From Stegostoma tigrinum (Eukaryota): a stretch of 64,000 nucleotides of DNA. The DNA is taken from assembly GCF_030684315.1 (NCBI RefSeq), contig NC_081365.1, positions 35,491,394 through 35,555,393 of the forward strand, given 5' to 3'. Made by a program: the position numbers and the translations under genes. Below the pieces are notes generated by a model. It saw nothing but the letters and a program-made list of their open reading frames with translations. It had not been told where the DNA came from and made no database searches. Numbering within the stretch: the stretch's first letter is position 1; each line of letters begins with the position of its first letter. Shown here piece by piece: positions 25,136 to 37,810 of the stretch.

Positions 25136-27254
25136 GGTCAAGCGATTGTTGCATAAAGCACAAAACAGGAAGTCTGATACAGACTTTCTTAAACCTATCA
25201 CAAGTAAATAAGGAAGATCTATCTCAAGTAAATAAGGAAAACTAATCCTCAGTTGAAAGGCCAGTCAGCAGAAAAGATGAATGAAAGTCATTGCCTATGT
25301 TCGTAGTGTTGCAGTCTGGTTGATGATGGTAGAGCAATAATTATGAATGAGTACCCTGATGTACCATAGGAAGTGAAAAGCTATAGATTCATATTCATTT
25401 ACCTTCAAAGCAAAGGTAGTTGTTATTCAATTCAGTTGGCTATGTGACCTTTGCATCACAATTAATAAAAATAACTTCATTAGAATGCTATTTTTCTAAT
25501 CTCCAATACCACAGACCTTTCCTGAATTTAACTTTGAATCATTCTGACTTTGGCTCCTTTTATATCTTTCTTCCTTCCAATGTCACTCTAGGTAATCATC
25601 ACTTCAGTCCCTTTGCTCTAGAATTCCTTTGTTAAACTTATATCTTCACCATCTCCTTTAACACTCTGCACAAAATCCACTCTTTTAATGGTTTCTCCAA
25701 ATTTTTGAATTTTGTTTTGGTTCATTATTCATTTAATACCTGTCTTTCTCTCGGTTATTTTTTACGTTAAAGATGCTATATATGTACAATGTTTTGTGAC
25801 AAAAGCGTGTGTCTGATCACTCAGATTTGTTTTTTGAAAATACAGTTAAATCGGCACAATTCATTTACATAGAGTTCAGGATCAGTCGTCCTGGAGACTT
25901 CAGAACACAAAAGGAAGTGTTTTAATTTCTACTCCTATCACAATAGCCATTTACGGACAAACCTAATAAATGTTTCTCCTAACAATACATACTAAGTAGT
26001 AGATTAATCATCTACTGGGGCTTTAAGAGTACCTAAGTGTTTTATGGGGAGACATAAAACAAAGAACAAGTCAACAGTTCAGATATGTTCTAATTAACCT
26101 GTTCAGAGATGATGTTATTACACAATTGGAAGAGGTGGTACTTGAATTGTGACCTTTGGCTCAGAGGTAGGCACATTACCATTGCACCAAAAGAGACCTA
26201 AACTAACAGTTTAAGGATCTACATTGTATAGGGTTTGGCCTGCTATATCTTTTGCTCAGAAAGTGGCTTTTATTGGTTAATTGGATTACTTGTCAATTGG
26301 CATGACAACTAACTATTCTGCTATGTACTTGTATTTTTAACATATATTGACTGGGATCAATTTGGGTTTTGAGTCCCTGTAACAAAATTGAGTTTGAAAA
26401 CAATGATCAGTTGAAGACTTCATGGCTTAAATAACAGCTGGTGCCACAATCAAAAGCATCAGTATTAATAGTATCTATAAAATCTGATATCCATCAAACA
26501 ATAGGAAAATAAGCAAAGACATTACCACATGCTAGAATTGCTCACTCATTTATGTTTTGTTTATGACTGATGAAATGGAGTAAAATCCAAACACTGACAG
26601 TGTTCAACATGGGCAAAAACATCAACAATGGGCAATGCTTCAATAACAGAGGTTTGAAGGGATACGCAAATGACGTGCAGATTCAAGAAAGGCTGTTTAA
26701 AGAGACAGAACCTCATCTCGCCCTGAGTTTGATTAGCATGCTACAATTCACATTGACTTGGAATCATTGGGCTAAATCTTACTTTTTTTGGCTAAGTCTG
26801 AGTTGCATCAGATTTTTATGAAAGACTTGTCAATGCAAGACTGAACAAGTTCTTGCCCATCTTCCAAACTCACCTCATTGATTGTCAACCATGACCATAG
26901 TGTGTTTCTCATGCCCAGTTTCCACCCCATCTTACCACTTGCCATTCTCCGAACTACTCGTCACACAATGGATATCTGATGAAAGACGGAATCCATCATG
27001 TCCACGCTATCTTTGAAAACTCATGGTGCTCATGGGCAAGCACTATCTGTTCAGAACTAGCTTGAGTGGTTGCTCATATTTGCCTTGGACAGGGCAAATA
27101 GGATATTTATGTTCTTCTTTGCGGAGGGATGCAGTGGAGTTCACAGCATCAGGCCATGCCATCTGAAGAAGGTTCCCAACCCAAAATGTCAACTTTCCTG
27201 CTCCTCTGATGTTGCCTGGCCTGCTGCATTCCTCCAGCTCCACACCTTGTTATC

Positions 27255-27730
27255 AGACCCTGCCATGCCTGGTTCAAGGTTCCCAGCTGGGTTAGAACCA
27301 TCTTAGCTGTCTAGAGAAATGCATAGAACATTAGGATCAAGGTCAATATTTTTCTGCATTCCAGCAGGGTAAGTGCCACCACCTTCTCCCTGATACCTCA
27401 CTTACTCAATCACTGTTCCTGTACGCACCTCTCACCAAGGCCCATGATCAACCACTCTGTCAGATGCAACATCTTCCTTCACTTGCTATCACACCCCCAA
27501 CCCCAATACCATTCGCCCTGCATACCCTCTGGACTGCCTACTTACTTTGTCAGGACATCCCCTTAACTGTACCAAGAGTGATTGATGGGCTACCCATTTT
27601 CATTTCCTATAATATCTGCCACCCTTTCATTCCAGGAATAAGACAGCTCACAATGGGCAGAATGAATCAAGACAGGTGGTATGCTGATCAACATTTGGCT
27701 CCTTACCTTTTTATGAGGGTAGGATGCAGA
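27255..27730 (+). pseudogene. Decayed Harbinger Myb/SANT-like gene remnant (two exons)
   Basis: RIKVNIFLHSSR|gtaagtgcca at about 27335-27378, then ttcattccag|..KTAHNGQ..IKTGGML..LLTF.E at about 27635-27720. Parallel to the 52.2-52.8 kb remnant. Confidence 0.55.
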
Positions 27731-28061
27731 CTCTGACTGCACCAATCAGGCTTTGACCTGGTAATAGAGGCTGCCCTTAACTTACTTTGCTGGGAACCCA
27801 TGAGCAAAGGGCTAACTTGACTGAAACCTGCTGACAACAAGCTTCCTGACTTATGTCTGCACAGAATGGCAAAGCAAGACAGTAGCAGTATGAGCCTAGT
27901 ATCTCTGACTGAGGAGGCAAAGCATGAAAAGGGAAGATGAGGCAGGGATGTAATTAGCATTTAGGTCAGAGGCAGTGTTGTGCTATGGCAAATGAGTGAA
28001 GTGCCCAGCAATCTGGCCTAGTCCAGTCCAATGCAAAGTGTCCTTGCTGCAGTATTACAGC

Positions 28062-30325
28062 ATTTCAACTTTCCAAACTGGGAACACTATAGTTCGAGTA
28101 CTATAGATGGATCAGTTTTTGTCCAGTGTGTGCAGGAGGGCTTCCTGACACAGTATGTAGATAGGCCAACAAGGGGCGAAGCCACATTAGATTTGGTACT
28201 GGGTAATGAGCCTGGCCAGGTGTTAGATTTGGAAGTAGGTGAGCACTTTGGTGATAGCGATCACAATACTGTTATGTTTACTTTAGTGACGGAAAGGGAT
28301 AGGTGTATACCACTGGGCAAGAGTTATAGCTGGGGGAAAGGCAATTACGATGGGATTAGTCAAGATTTAGGGACCATAGGATGGAGAATGAAACTGCAGG
28401 GGATGGGCACATTAGAAATGTGGAGCCTATTCAAGGAAAAGCTCCTGTGTGTCCAAGATAAGTATGTACCTGTCAGGCAGGGAGGAAGCTGTAGAGCGTG
28501 GGAGCCGTGGTTTACGAAGGAAGTGGAATCTCTGGTCAAGAGGAAGAAGGCGGTTTATGTTAGGATGAGATGTGAAAGCTCAGTTAGGGCGCTTGAGGGC
28601 TATGAGGTAGCCAGGAAAGACCTAAAGAGAGGAGATAGGGGAAGCACTAAATGAATATTTTTCGACAGTATGTACTCTAGAAAATGACAATGTTGTCGAG
28701 GAGAATACCGAGATACAGACTACTAGACGAGGTGGGATTGAGGTTCACAAGGAAGAGGTATTAGAAATCCTACAGAGGGTGATGATAGATTAGTCTCCTG
28801 GGCCGGATGGGATTTATCCTAGGATCCTCTGGGAAGTCAGGGAGGAGATTGCTGAGCCTTTGGCATTGATCTTTAACTCGTCACTGTCTACAGGAATAGT
28901 GCCAGATGACTGGAGGATAGCAAATGTGGTTCCCCTGTTCAAGAAGGGGAGTAGAGACAACCCTGGTAACTATAGGCCAGTGAGCCTTACCTCAGTTGCT
29001 GGTAAAGTGTTGGAAAAGGTTATAAGGGATAGGATTTATAATCATCTAGAAAAGAATAAATTGATTAGGGATAGTCAGCACGGTTTTGTGAAGGGTAGGT
29101 CGTGCCTCACAAACCTTATTGAGTTCTTTGAGAAGGTGACCAAACAGGTAGATGAGAGTAATGTGGTGTATATGGATTTCAGCAAGGCGTTCGATAAGGT
29201 TCCCCACAGTAGGCTATTGTACAAAATGGGGAGGAATGGGATTGTGGGAGATATAGCAGTTTGGATCGGAAATTGGGTTGCTGAAAGAAGACAGAGGGTG
29301 GTAGTTGATGGGAAATGTTCATCCTGGAGACCAGTTACTAATGGTGTACCGCAAGGGTCAGTGTTGGGTCCACTGCTGTTTGTCATTTTTATAAATGACC
29401 TGGATAAGGGCGTAGAAGGATGGGTTAATAAATTTGCAGACGACACTAAGGTCGGTGGAGTTGTGGATAGTGACGAAGGATGCTGTAGGTTGCAGACAGT
29501 CATAGATAAGCTGCAGAGCTGGGCTGAGAGGTGGCAAATGGAGTTTAATGCACACAAGTGTGAAGTGATGCTCTTTGGTAGGAGTAACCGGAAGGCAAAG
29601 TACTGGGCTAATGGTAAGATTCTTGGTAGTGTAGATGAGCAGAGAGATCTCGGTGTCCATGTACACAGATCCTTGAAAGTTGCCACCCAGGTTGACAGGG
29701 CTGTTAAGAAGGCATACAGTGTTTTAGCTTTTATTAATAGAGGGATCGAGTTCCAGAACCAAGAGGTTATGCTGCAGCTGTACAAAACTCTGGTGCGGCC
29801 GCACTTGGAGTATTGTGTACAGTTCTGGTCACTGCATTATAAGAAGGATGTGGAAGCTTTGGAAAGGGTGCAGAGGAAATTTACTAGGATGTTGCCTGGT
29901 ATGGAGGGGAGGTCTTACGAGGAAAGGCTGAGGGTCTTGAGGCTGTTTTTATTAGAGAGAAGGTTGAGAGGTGACTTAATTGAGACATAGAAAATAATCA
30001 GAGGGTTAGATAGGGTGGATAGGGAGAGCCTTTTTCCTAGGATGGTGATGGCGAGCACGAGGGGGCATAGCTTTAAATTGAGGTTGTGAAAGATATAGGA
30101 CAGATGTCAGAGGTAGTTTCTTTACTCAGAGAGTAGTAAGGGTATGGAATGCTTTGCCTGCGACGGTAGTAGATTCGCCAACTTTAGGTACATTTAAGTC
30201 ATCATTGGACAAGCATATGGACATACATGGAATAGTGTAGGTTAAATGGGCTTCAGATCGGTATGACAGGTTGGCACAACATGGAGGGCCGAAGGGCCTG
30301 TACTGTGCTGTAATGTTCTATATGT
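28062..30325 (+). mobile_element. CR1/HER1 LINE, 5'-truncated, with long open RT
   Basis: ORF 28031-28654 (EN C-terminus: LDLVLGNE..FGDSDHN) and ORF 28860-29990 (376 aa RT: NYRPVSLTS, DFSKAFDKV, GVPQGSVLGP, FADD). 3' tail GGGCCTGTACTGTGCTGTAATGTTCTAT. Confidence 0.96.
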
Positions 30326-30494
30326 GCTATATACACACAGCAATTACAGTTGTTGGTACAGCCTAAGGTGCAGCACTGATTTGCAGAGATGTCCTGAAAG
30401 CTCTTAAAAGCTGACACAGAGTGTTTGTCATTGTCAGTGGATGTGGGGTGTGCGTAGTCGGCGCCCACAAAACATGCCCTGAAATGTTGCTAAA

Positions 30495-31917
30495 TAAAAA
30501 CCAAAAGAACTGCGGATGCTGTGAATTAGGACCAAAAACAGAAGTTACTGCAACAACAGTTCTGAGGAAAGGTCATTGCACCTGAAACGTTAACACTGTC
30601 TTTTCCTTCGCAGATGCAGCCAGATCTGCTGAGCTTTTCCAGCAACTTTATTTTTGTTCCTGATTTACAACATGCGCAGTTCTTTTTTCAGTTTTAACAG
30701 AAGTTGCTGGACGAGCTCAGCAGGTCTGGCAGCATGTGTGAAGAAAAAATCAAAGTCAATGTTTCATTTCCAGTGGCCCTTCCTCAGAACTGATGTTGTC
30801 TGGGAAAACCTTGGTTTAATATGCAGAAATAGGGAGGGGGATGGGGTACAGCCTCCAAAATGTCCACCTTCTTCCTCAACTGAGGATTCCCAGTACCATT
30901 GTCAACAGGGTCTTCAACCAGATCTGACCCATTGCCTGCAATTCTGTTCTCACCCCTTCTCTTCCTGCCCACAACAGCAATAGGGTTCGCCTTGTCCTTA
31001 CCTACCATCCTACCAGCGTCCACATCCAGAAGATCATCAGACCCCATTTCCACGAGCGAGGTGCCACTACCAGACACACGTTCTCCTCCCCTCTCCTGTC
31101 TGCCATTCGCAGGGACTGTTCCCTATAGGAGACCTAGGTCCCCTCTTCCTTCACCCCCAGTACAGCGCCACAGCTCTATGGCACCTTCTGCTGTAACCAG
31201 TGAAGGTGTAACACCTGCCCATTTACTTTCTCCCTCCTCACTATCCAAGGGTCCAAATATATCTTCCAGGTGAAGCAGTACTTTACCTTTACTTCCCAGA
31301 ATCAAGTCTACTGCATTTGCTGCTCACAATATTGTCTCCTCTACATTAGGAAAATGAACCATAGGTTGTCTGATTGCTTTGCAGAACATCTGCTTGTTCT
31401 CCTTGCAAAAAAGACCCTGAGGGACCTGTTGCCTGCTGCTTTAACACACCACCCTGTTCCCTGGCCAATATCATTGTCTCTGGCTTGCTGCAGTGTTTCA
31501 GTGAAGCCCAAGACAAGTTGGAAGAACAACACCTCATCTTCTGCTTGGGGACCCTGCAACTCTCTTAACTCAATATCGAGTACAATAATTTTTGGGCCTA
31601 ACTCTCGCTTGTCCTAGCCCCTACTCCACATAGCCTGCCATTACACTCTACCTATTGTTAGTCACTATTAACAACTATTACCCAGATTGTTATCAACTCC
31701 TTTGTCTATCCAACTGCTCTTCTCTCTCTTCTGGCTCAATCCTATCATTTACTCCTTACCCCATCCCCTTCCCTGTTTTCTGCATAGAAATTGATGTTTT
31801 CCCAGCTGCCATCAGTTCTGAGGAAGAGTAACAGGTACATTAACTTTGATTTTTTTTTTCTTCACAGATGTTGCCAGACCTGCTCAGCTTTTCCAGCAAC
31901 TTCTGTTTTTGTTCCTA
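30495..31917. mobile_element. Cluster of second-family PLE pieces, including decayed RT-thumb/GIY-YIG with inverted ends
   Basis: The plus strand from about 30852 encodes a broken PLE C-terminus (KMSTFFLN*GFP..LVLTYHPTS; FTFTSQNQVYCICCSQYCLLYI..RLSDCFAEHL). CTGAGGA..GAAACGTT core near 30562. A minus-orientation 3' end lies at about 30697-30850. Confidence 0.8.
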
Positions 31918-32062
31918 AAAACTTGCTGGCTGTTTTCCAACATGGTTGTTCAGAGTAAGTGGTGAGCTGAAATCACCAGGTACTCGCTCTGGTGTTGTTG
32001 TTAAGTTCTCCTGATGTTGAGCTTGTTTGGTAAGATGGGAAACTGAATGTTAATAAGGTGAG

Positions 32063-32656
32063 ATAACAAGGTGTAGAGCTGGATGAACACAACAGCATCA
32101 GAGGAGCAGGAAAGCTGACGTTTTGGTTTGAGACCCTTTTTCAGAAATGGGGCAGGGGAAGGGGATTCTGAAATAAATAGGCAGAGAGGGGGAGACGGAT
32201 AGAAGATGGATAAAAGGAGAAGATAGGGTGAGAGGAGACAGACAGGTCAAAGAGTCAAGGTTGGAGCCAGTAAAGGTGAATAAAAGTAGGGAGTTAGGGA
32301 GGGGATAGGTTGATCCAGGGAGGATGGACAGGTCAAGGAGGCAGGATGAGTTTAGTAAGTGGGAGATGGGGTCCGGCTCCCTAACTCCCCACCTACACTC
32401 ACCTTTACTGGCTCCACCCCCACTTCTTTGACCTGTCTCCCCTCCACCTATCTTCTTTATCTGTCTTCTATCCACCTATCTCTCTCTCCCTATTTATTTC
32501 AGAATTCCCTTCCCCTCCCCCATTTCTGAAGAAGGATCTCGATCTGAAACGTCAGCCTTCCGGCTCCTCTGATGCTGCTTGGCCCGCTGTGTTCATCCAG
32601 CTCTACAGTTTGTTATCTCAGATTCGCCAGCATTGGCTATTCCTACTCTCTCTGTA
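32063..32656. mobile_element. Tail-outward inverted PLE 3'-end element
   Basis: Left part is minus, right part is plus orientation of the same 3' end; core CTGAAGA..GAAACGTC at about 32526-32553. 13-bp TSD ttaataaggtgag at 32050-32062 and 32657-32669. Confidence 0.85.
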
Positions 32657-33544
32657 TTAATAAGGTGAGTTGGGCTATCAACAGGATGTTTAACAAGCAG
32701 TAACCAGTCCCAATTTGCAGCTTTCTGCTGCTAGCATTAATCTAGCCACATTGCTTATCAAAATCACTAAAGATGGTGTTAGTGGCTCCCATTGTATCGA
32801 GATGGGCCTTGTCACATTTGTTGTCCAATTCTGTCACATACCTTGCCATAGCCCATATTGCTCAGACCCTTGAGATTCTGCCCAATGTCTTGTCACTCAA
32901 AGTTAAATAATTTTGGGATATATGAATGTGAGTCTGAAAATTTTCAGCAATTAATGGATTCTTCAATGTTTGAGTTACAATGAAAATTGTTAATAGTTGG
33001 CTGGCTCATTGTATAAACAATCTGGAAATTGAGGAATAGCAAAGAAGGAAAATAATCATGTTGGATTAAAATGGTGAAGCAAAGATCCAGAAACCACAAT
33101 TAAATCTATCCTTGTTTAAGATTAGAATATAAAATTCTGCTGAAAACTGTTGTAGACATTCTTTCCCTCCAAAAATAGTTTCAGAAAAACTGTTACTGAT
33201 AACTATCAATATCCTCTAAATGTGACTCCAATAATGTTTTGTGACTTGTACCCCTCAAAAATAGAAATACTTCGCAGAAAAGACCACTCCAGCCTTCTCT
33301 AAAATGCACATGGAGAAAACAAAATACACTTTAAACTTATTTGATTTTTTTTAGCAGAACCAGCATCTTTTAATAAACCTGTTGCTACCTTTACATCAGG
33401 GAAGCAGATACATTAAGGCTAAGTTTCAAAAGGGTGTGGAGAATATTTCTACACATATTGTTCAAATAGGGTCTATAGTTCTTGTAACTAAAATTTGCAA
33501 TGATCATATTGTCGTACATCAGTCCTTTTGGCATACATGTTCAG

Positions 33545-33922
33545 AATGGGAGGCAATTTCATTGAATCATATAGGATTCTTAACAGGCTTGACAGGCTAA
33601 ATACTGAGGGGATATACCACTTCATGTGGGAGTCTAGGACCAGAGCACATAATCTCAGAATAGAGTGGTGCCAATTTATGACTGGGACGGAATTTCTCTC
33701 AGAAGGTTGAGAGTCTTTGGAACTTCTTAGCTTCAGAGCTGTGGGGGCAGAATCTTGTACATATTTAAAGCTGAGATAGATTCTTGACTAGAAGGGAATC
33801 GAGGGCTACAGAGAAAAAGCAGAAAAACGGACATGAAGGATATCGGATCAGCCATGATCCTTGTGAATAGAGGAACAGGTTTGAGGGGCCGAATAGCCTA
33901 CTCCTATTCCTATTTCTTATGG
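33545..33922 (+). mobile_element. CR1 LINE 3' fragment (older)
   Basis: GGNFIESYRILNRLDRL..WESRTRAHNLRI, plus tail GGGCCGAATAGCCTACTCCTATTCCTAT. Confidence 0.75.
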
Positions 33923-34821
33923 TCTTTTGGTTATTCAATAAACAGGCAGCACGAAAATTGTAGGTCCCTGCCCACCTCTCTCCATTAAAATATGCATTTA
34001 TAGTCTGGGTCAATCCAGTGTCATCCAATCAGTTTTCAGAAAATGTGTCGCAAGCCTCATATCTCTGGCTTATTATTGAATTGCATTGCAAGAAAGTTCA
34101 TCAAAGAAGCTTAATTTAACTTAAACACAAATAATTTGGCATTATGTATCAATATTTGTCATGTTTGGTGGTGTCATTACTGAGATGGGATCTCTTGCTT
34201 TGTTCTTGAGATTATGTTGTGATCCTAGATGAGGTGATAAAAGTCACTAAATGATTGGTAGGAGGATCAGGACTTGAATCTTCTACTATAAGGGCTATTG
34301 AAATGGATGATGTACACTTTGTGTAGTATTACCAGTGTAGAATGATTAGGCCTTGACTAACCTAACACTGTCCTAATACAAGATTTCATTTCTGCTGTTA
34401 ATTAACACCATAAAGCAGTATAGTAGTTACTTAGATAAAAATAGCCATTATAACGTTATGCTGTGTTCTTTGTTCTTAAAGTGACATTTTACGCATGTCC
34501 AAGTGTTCAAAATTGTTCATTATTATTTTAAAAACTAGCTATACAACCTTGCTTATTTTAGTCTAATTTTCTTTTAGTGTTAGTCATTGTGTGGCCATAT
34601 TCTTATACTTTTCTTAATACTTTGATTAAGTGTATACGACTAATCTTTGTTCATTAAAATGTCATCTTCTGAAATGGCTAGAGTACATTTAAATTAACTA
34701 ATTACTAGAAATAATGTTTAGAATTATACACTAGGTAGATCAATTAGGATACTGTCTCTTTAAAAATACACCAACAAATTGACTTCATTATCACACAATT
34801 CTGATAACATAATTACATAGA

Positions 34822-35169
34822 AACATTCGAGGTATACAAGATAATGAGAGGCATAGATAGAGTTGATAGCCAGAGACTATTTCCCAGGGCAGAAATGGCT
34901 AGCACGAGGGGTCATAGTTTTAAGCTGGTTGGTGGAAAGTATAGAGGGGATGTCAGAGGCAGGTTCTTTACGCAGACAGTTGTGAGAGCATGGAATGCGT
35001 TGCCAGCAGCAGTTGTGGAAGCAAGGTCATTGGGGTCATTTAAGAGACTGCTGGACATGTATATGGTCACAGAAATTTGAGGGTGCATACATGAGGATCA
35101 ATGGTCGGCACAACATTGTGGGCTGAAGGGCCTGTTCTGTGCTGTACTGTTCTATGTTCTATGTTCTAT
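34822..35169 (+). mobile_element. CR1/HER1 LINE 3' fragment
   Basis: ORF 34844-35080 MRGIDRVDSQRLFPR..TRGHSFKL..FFTQ..VVRAWNALP; (TTCTATG)n tail. Confidence 0.9.
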
Positions 35170-35576
35170 TTCATATTTTCAAGAATGCACAAAACATTGG
35201 ACTAACAATAACAGAGATGATTTTAACACAGAGACCACCAGAATGCTTGAAAAATACTCACTTGATTGGCTGGATTGCTTCAATTGTGATGAAAAGTATT
35301 GAACTTGTATATAATATTTTTGGGATTTGGATTTTGAAATAGAGGCAGATGGATGTGGATCAGTTCTGTGAAGTTTTTTTTAAGAATAAAAAATGATCAA
35401 AGAATAGACAGTAACCTAATATCATTTGTAAGAAGGCATGTGACTTAGGCCAACTGCCTAGCAAGTTGATGATAATGATTGAAATATTTATGCTATTGAG
35501 TTTATCGCAGGCAGAGTAAACAGAGCAAAGAAGAAGAATCATCAAGTCAGTTCAAGAGAACAAGTCACCTCAGAGG

Positions 35577-35697
35577 TTTATTCCAGTTCCCTCTCCCCAT
35601 CCCCCTCTCTGATGAAGGGTCTAGGCCCGAAACGTCAGCTTTTGTGCTCCTGAGATGCTGCTTGGCCTGCTGTGTTCATCCAGCCTCACATTTTATT
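35577..35697 (+). mobile_element. Mini-PLE with intact hammerhead core
   Basis: CTGATGA-AGGGTCTAGGCCC-GAAACGTC at 35609-35636. 10-bp TSD acctcagagg at 35567-35576 and 35698-35707. Confidence 0.88.
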
Positions 35698-36949
35698 ACC
35701 TCAGAGGAAGTAGTTTCTTGTTTGTGAAGTTTCCAACCAAATGTGGTTTAAAAGTCTTCCAAGTGGTTAGAACTAAGAAAAATTAAGCCATCAGAATTGT
35801 GAAAGATTCATGTCGGCTTACTCAAAAGGAATCATAAACAGAAAAATGTTCTTAGCAGTCCAAGGGGAAAAAAAAACTGGGAAGCATCAGTTCTGTCAAG
35901 ATTGGAAAAATTGAGCTGTTAATGGTATTCCTCTGGGACTGATTCCCTGAAATGTTTCTGGATTGTTATGGGAAACAGATTGAAACTTTTTGATGAGAAC
36001 CTCATGGTAAATGTAACAAAGACCAGACTTCCTTTCCATGTACAGGGGAAAAGGCAATAGATTTTGATTTTTAAAATGCCTTCACAATAGGCATAGGCAA
36101 TAATTTTAGACTGTTGTAGATGAATGCCAAAAATATTAGACATATATTTTCTTTTACATGGTCTTGCTTCTGATGTAATAGTTCTCTTTCCGTGTAATTA
36201 TCCAAAGCTCTTACTTGTTAAAGGACATTTGGGAGCATTGGGTTTATTACTGTCCCTCAGGAGTAAATATTTTTGGCAGAATTGTGTAGAACTTACAATT
36301 TTATGATCTTTCAACTCAGCCTCCCATGTAAGGTTTATTAATTGGGATAGTGAATGAGTTGTGAAGTTGAACATATTTGGTGCTTGACACTTTGCTGAAC
36401 AGAAACCCTCTATAAAGCAAGCTGGCCAATTTAAATTTCTTTTTATTCAAATTAGATATTCTGTCACGAACAGGGATCCTATAGCCATCCTAAAAAAGGA
36501 GACAACAAAATGATTTCCCTCTTGGGTAATGACTATATATTCTGTGGCTGAGCATAAATTGGCATCACAATTCTTAAACTGCACATATTGCAGTTTTCTT
36601 TTGTGTTATTGTTAATTCACAATTGACAGAATAGTTTTCAAGGGGATAACAGACAACAAAATATAATTAACAGAAGGAAGAATAAGAGAAGAAATTCATT
36701 TCACAGCTAACTGTTTCTCCTGTGTAAAATTGGCATAAAATCTCTTAATATTGCAGCATAGTCTTGTGCCCGATTATACGCACAGTCACATTGACTCATA
36801 ACTCTATCCTATTTAAGACATCCCTTTAAAACATATGATAATCTTCATAAATATGCAAATAAGGGACCTGCATCAACAATTTAAGGAATCGGAATGTGAA
36901 ATTAAAATGTAAATAGTCTGGATATGCTCTGTCTGGATGCACCAGGCAT

Positions 36950-37810
36950 TATAGAGTTATTCAGCAAGGAAACAGATCCTTTAGTCCACTTATCCATGCC
37001 AACCAAGTTTCCCAAACTAAATCTAATTTCTGTTACCTACATTTGGTCTATATCCCTCTAAAACTTTACCTATTCATGCACCTATCCAAATGTTTTTTTA
37101 AATGTGCCTGCATCTATTACTTTCTCTGGAAATTCATTCCACATCTTAAAAATATGTTCCCTAGTTTTAAACTCACTCACCCTAGGGAAAATACCTTTGC
37201 TATTCACCTTATCTATGCCCCTCATGATTTTATAAATGCTCCTATGCTCCAGTGAAAAAATCCCAAGTCTATCCAGCCTATCTTTCTAACTTGAACCCTC
37301 CAGCTCTGGCAACATCCTGTTGAAATTTCTCTGAACCCTCTTCAATTTAATAATATCCTTGCTGTAACAGAGTGACTAGGGCGATAGACAGTACTCCAAA
37401 AGGGGCCTTACCAACTTCCGGTACAACCTCAACATGATGTCTCAACTCCTATACTCAATGGTTTGAGTAAAGAGGGCAAGCGTGCTGTCTTTTTAACTAT
37501 CCTGTCTACATGTGACGCAACTTTCAAAGAACAATGTACTTGAACCTCCAGGTCTCTCTGTTCGACAACATTACCAAGGCCCTACCATTAAATGTATAAA
37601 TCCTGCTCTTGTTTGTTTTACCAAAATGCAATACCTCTCATTTATCCAATTAAACTCCATCTGCCACTCCTCAGTCCATTAGAGCAATTGATCAAGATCC
37701 TTTAGTAATCTTAGATACCTTCTTCACTGTTGACTAACCATCAATTTCAGTGTCATCTGCAAACTTACTAACCATGCTTCCTATATTCCCAGCCAAATTG
37801 TTTATATAAT
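36950..37810 (-). mobile_element. Decayed CR1 LINE (RT C-terminus to tail)
   Basis: The plus strand shows the reverse complement of KFADDT (GTGTCATCTGCAAACTT near 37750) and CR1 3' features. Confidence 0.75.

Noticed and set aside
27703-27960. Minus-strand ORF with apparent acceptor and AAG|gtaagg donor
   Set aside because: It overlaps the antisense of the decayed Harbinger Myb remnant and shows no tomosyn similarity.
29075-29785. 236-aa minus-strand ORF, and similar antisense ORFs at 12518-12908 and 41670-44031
   Set aside because: Shadow ORFs on the opposite strand or in alternative frames of CR1 and PLE reverse transcriptase sequences.
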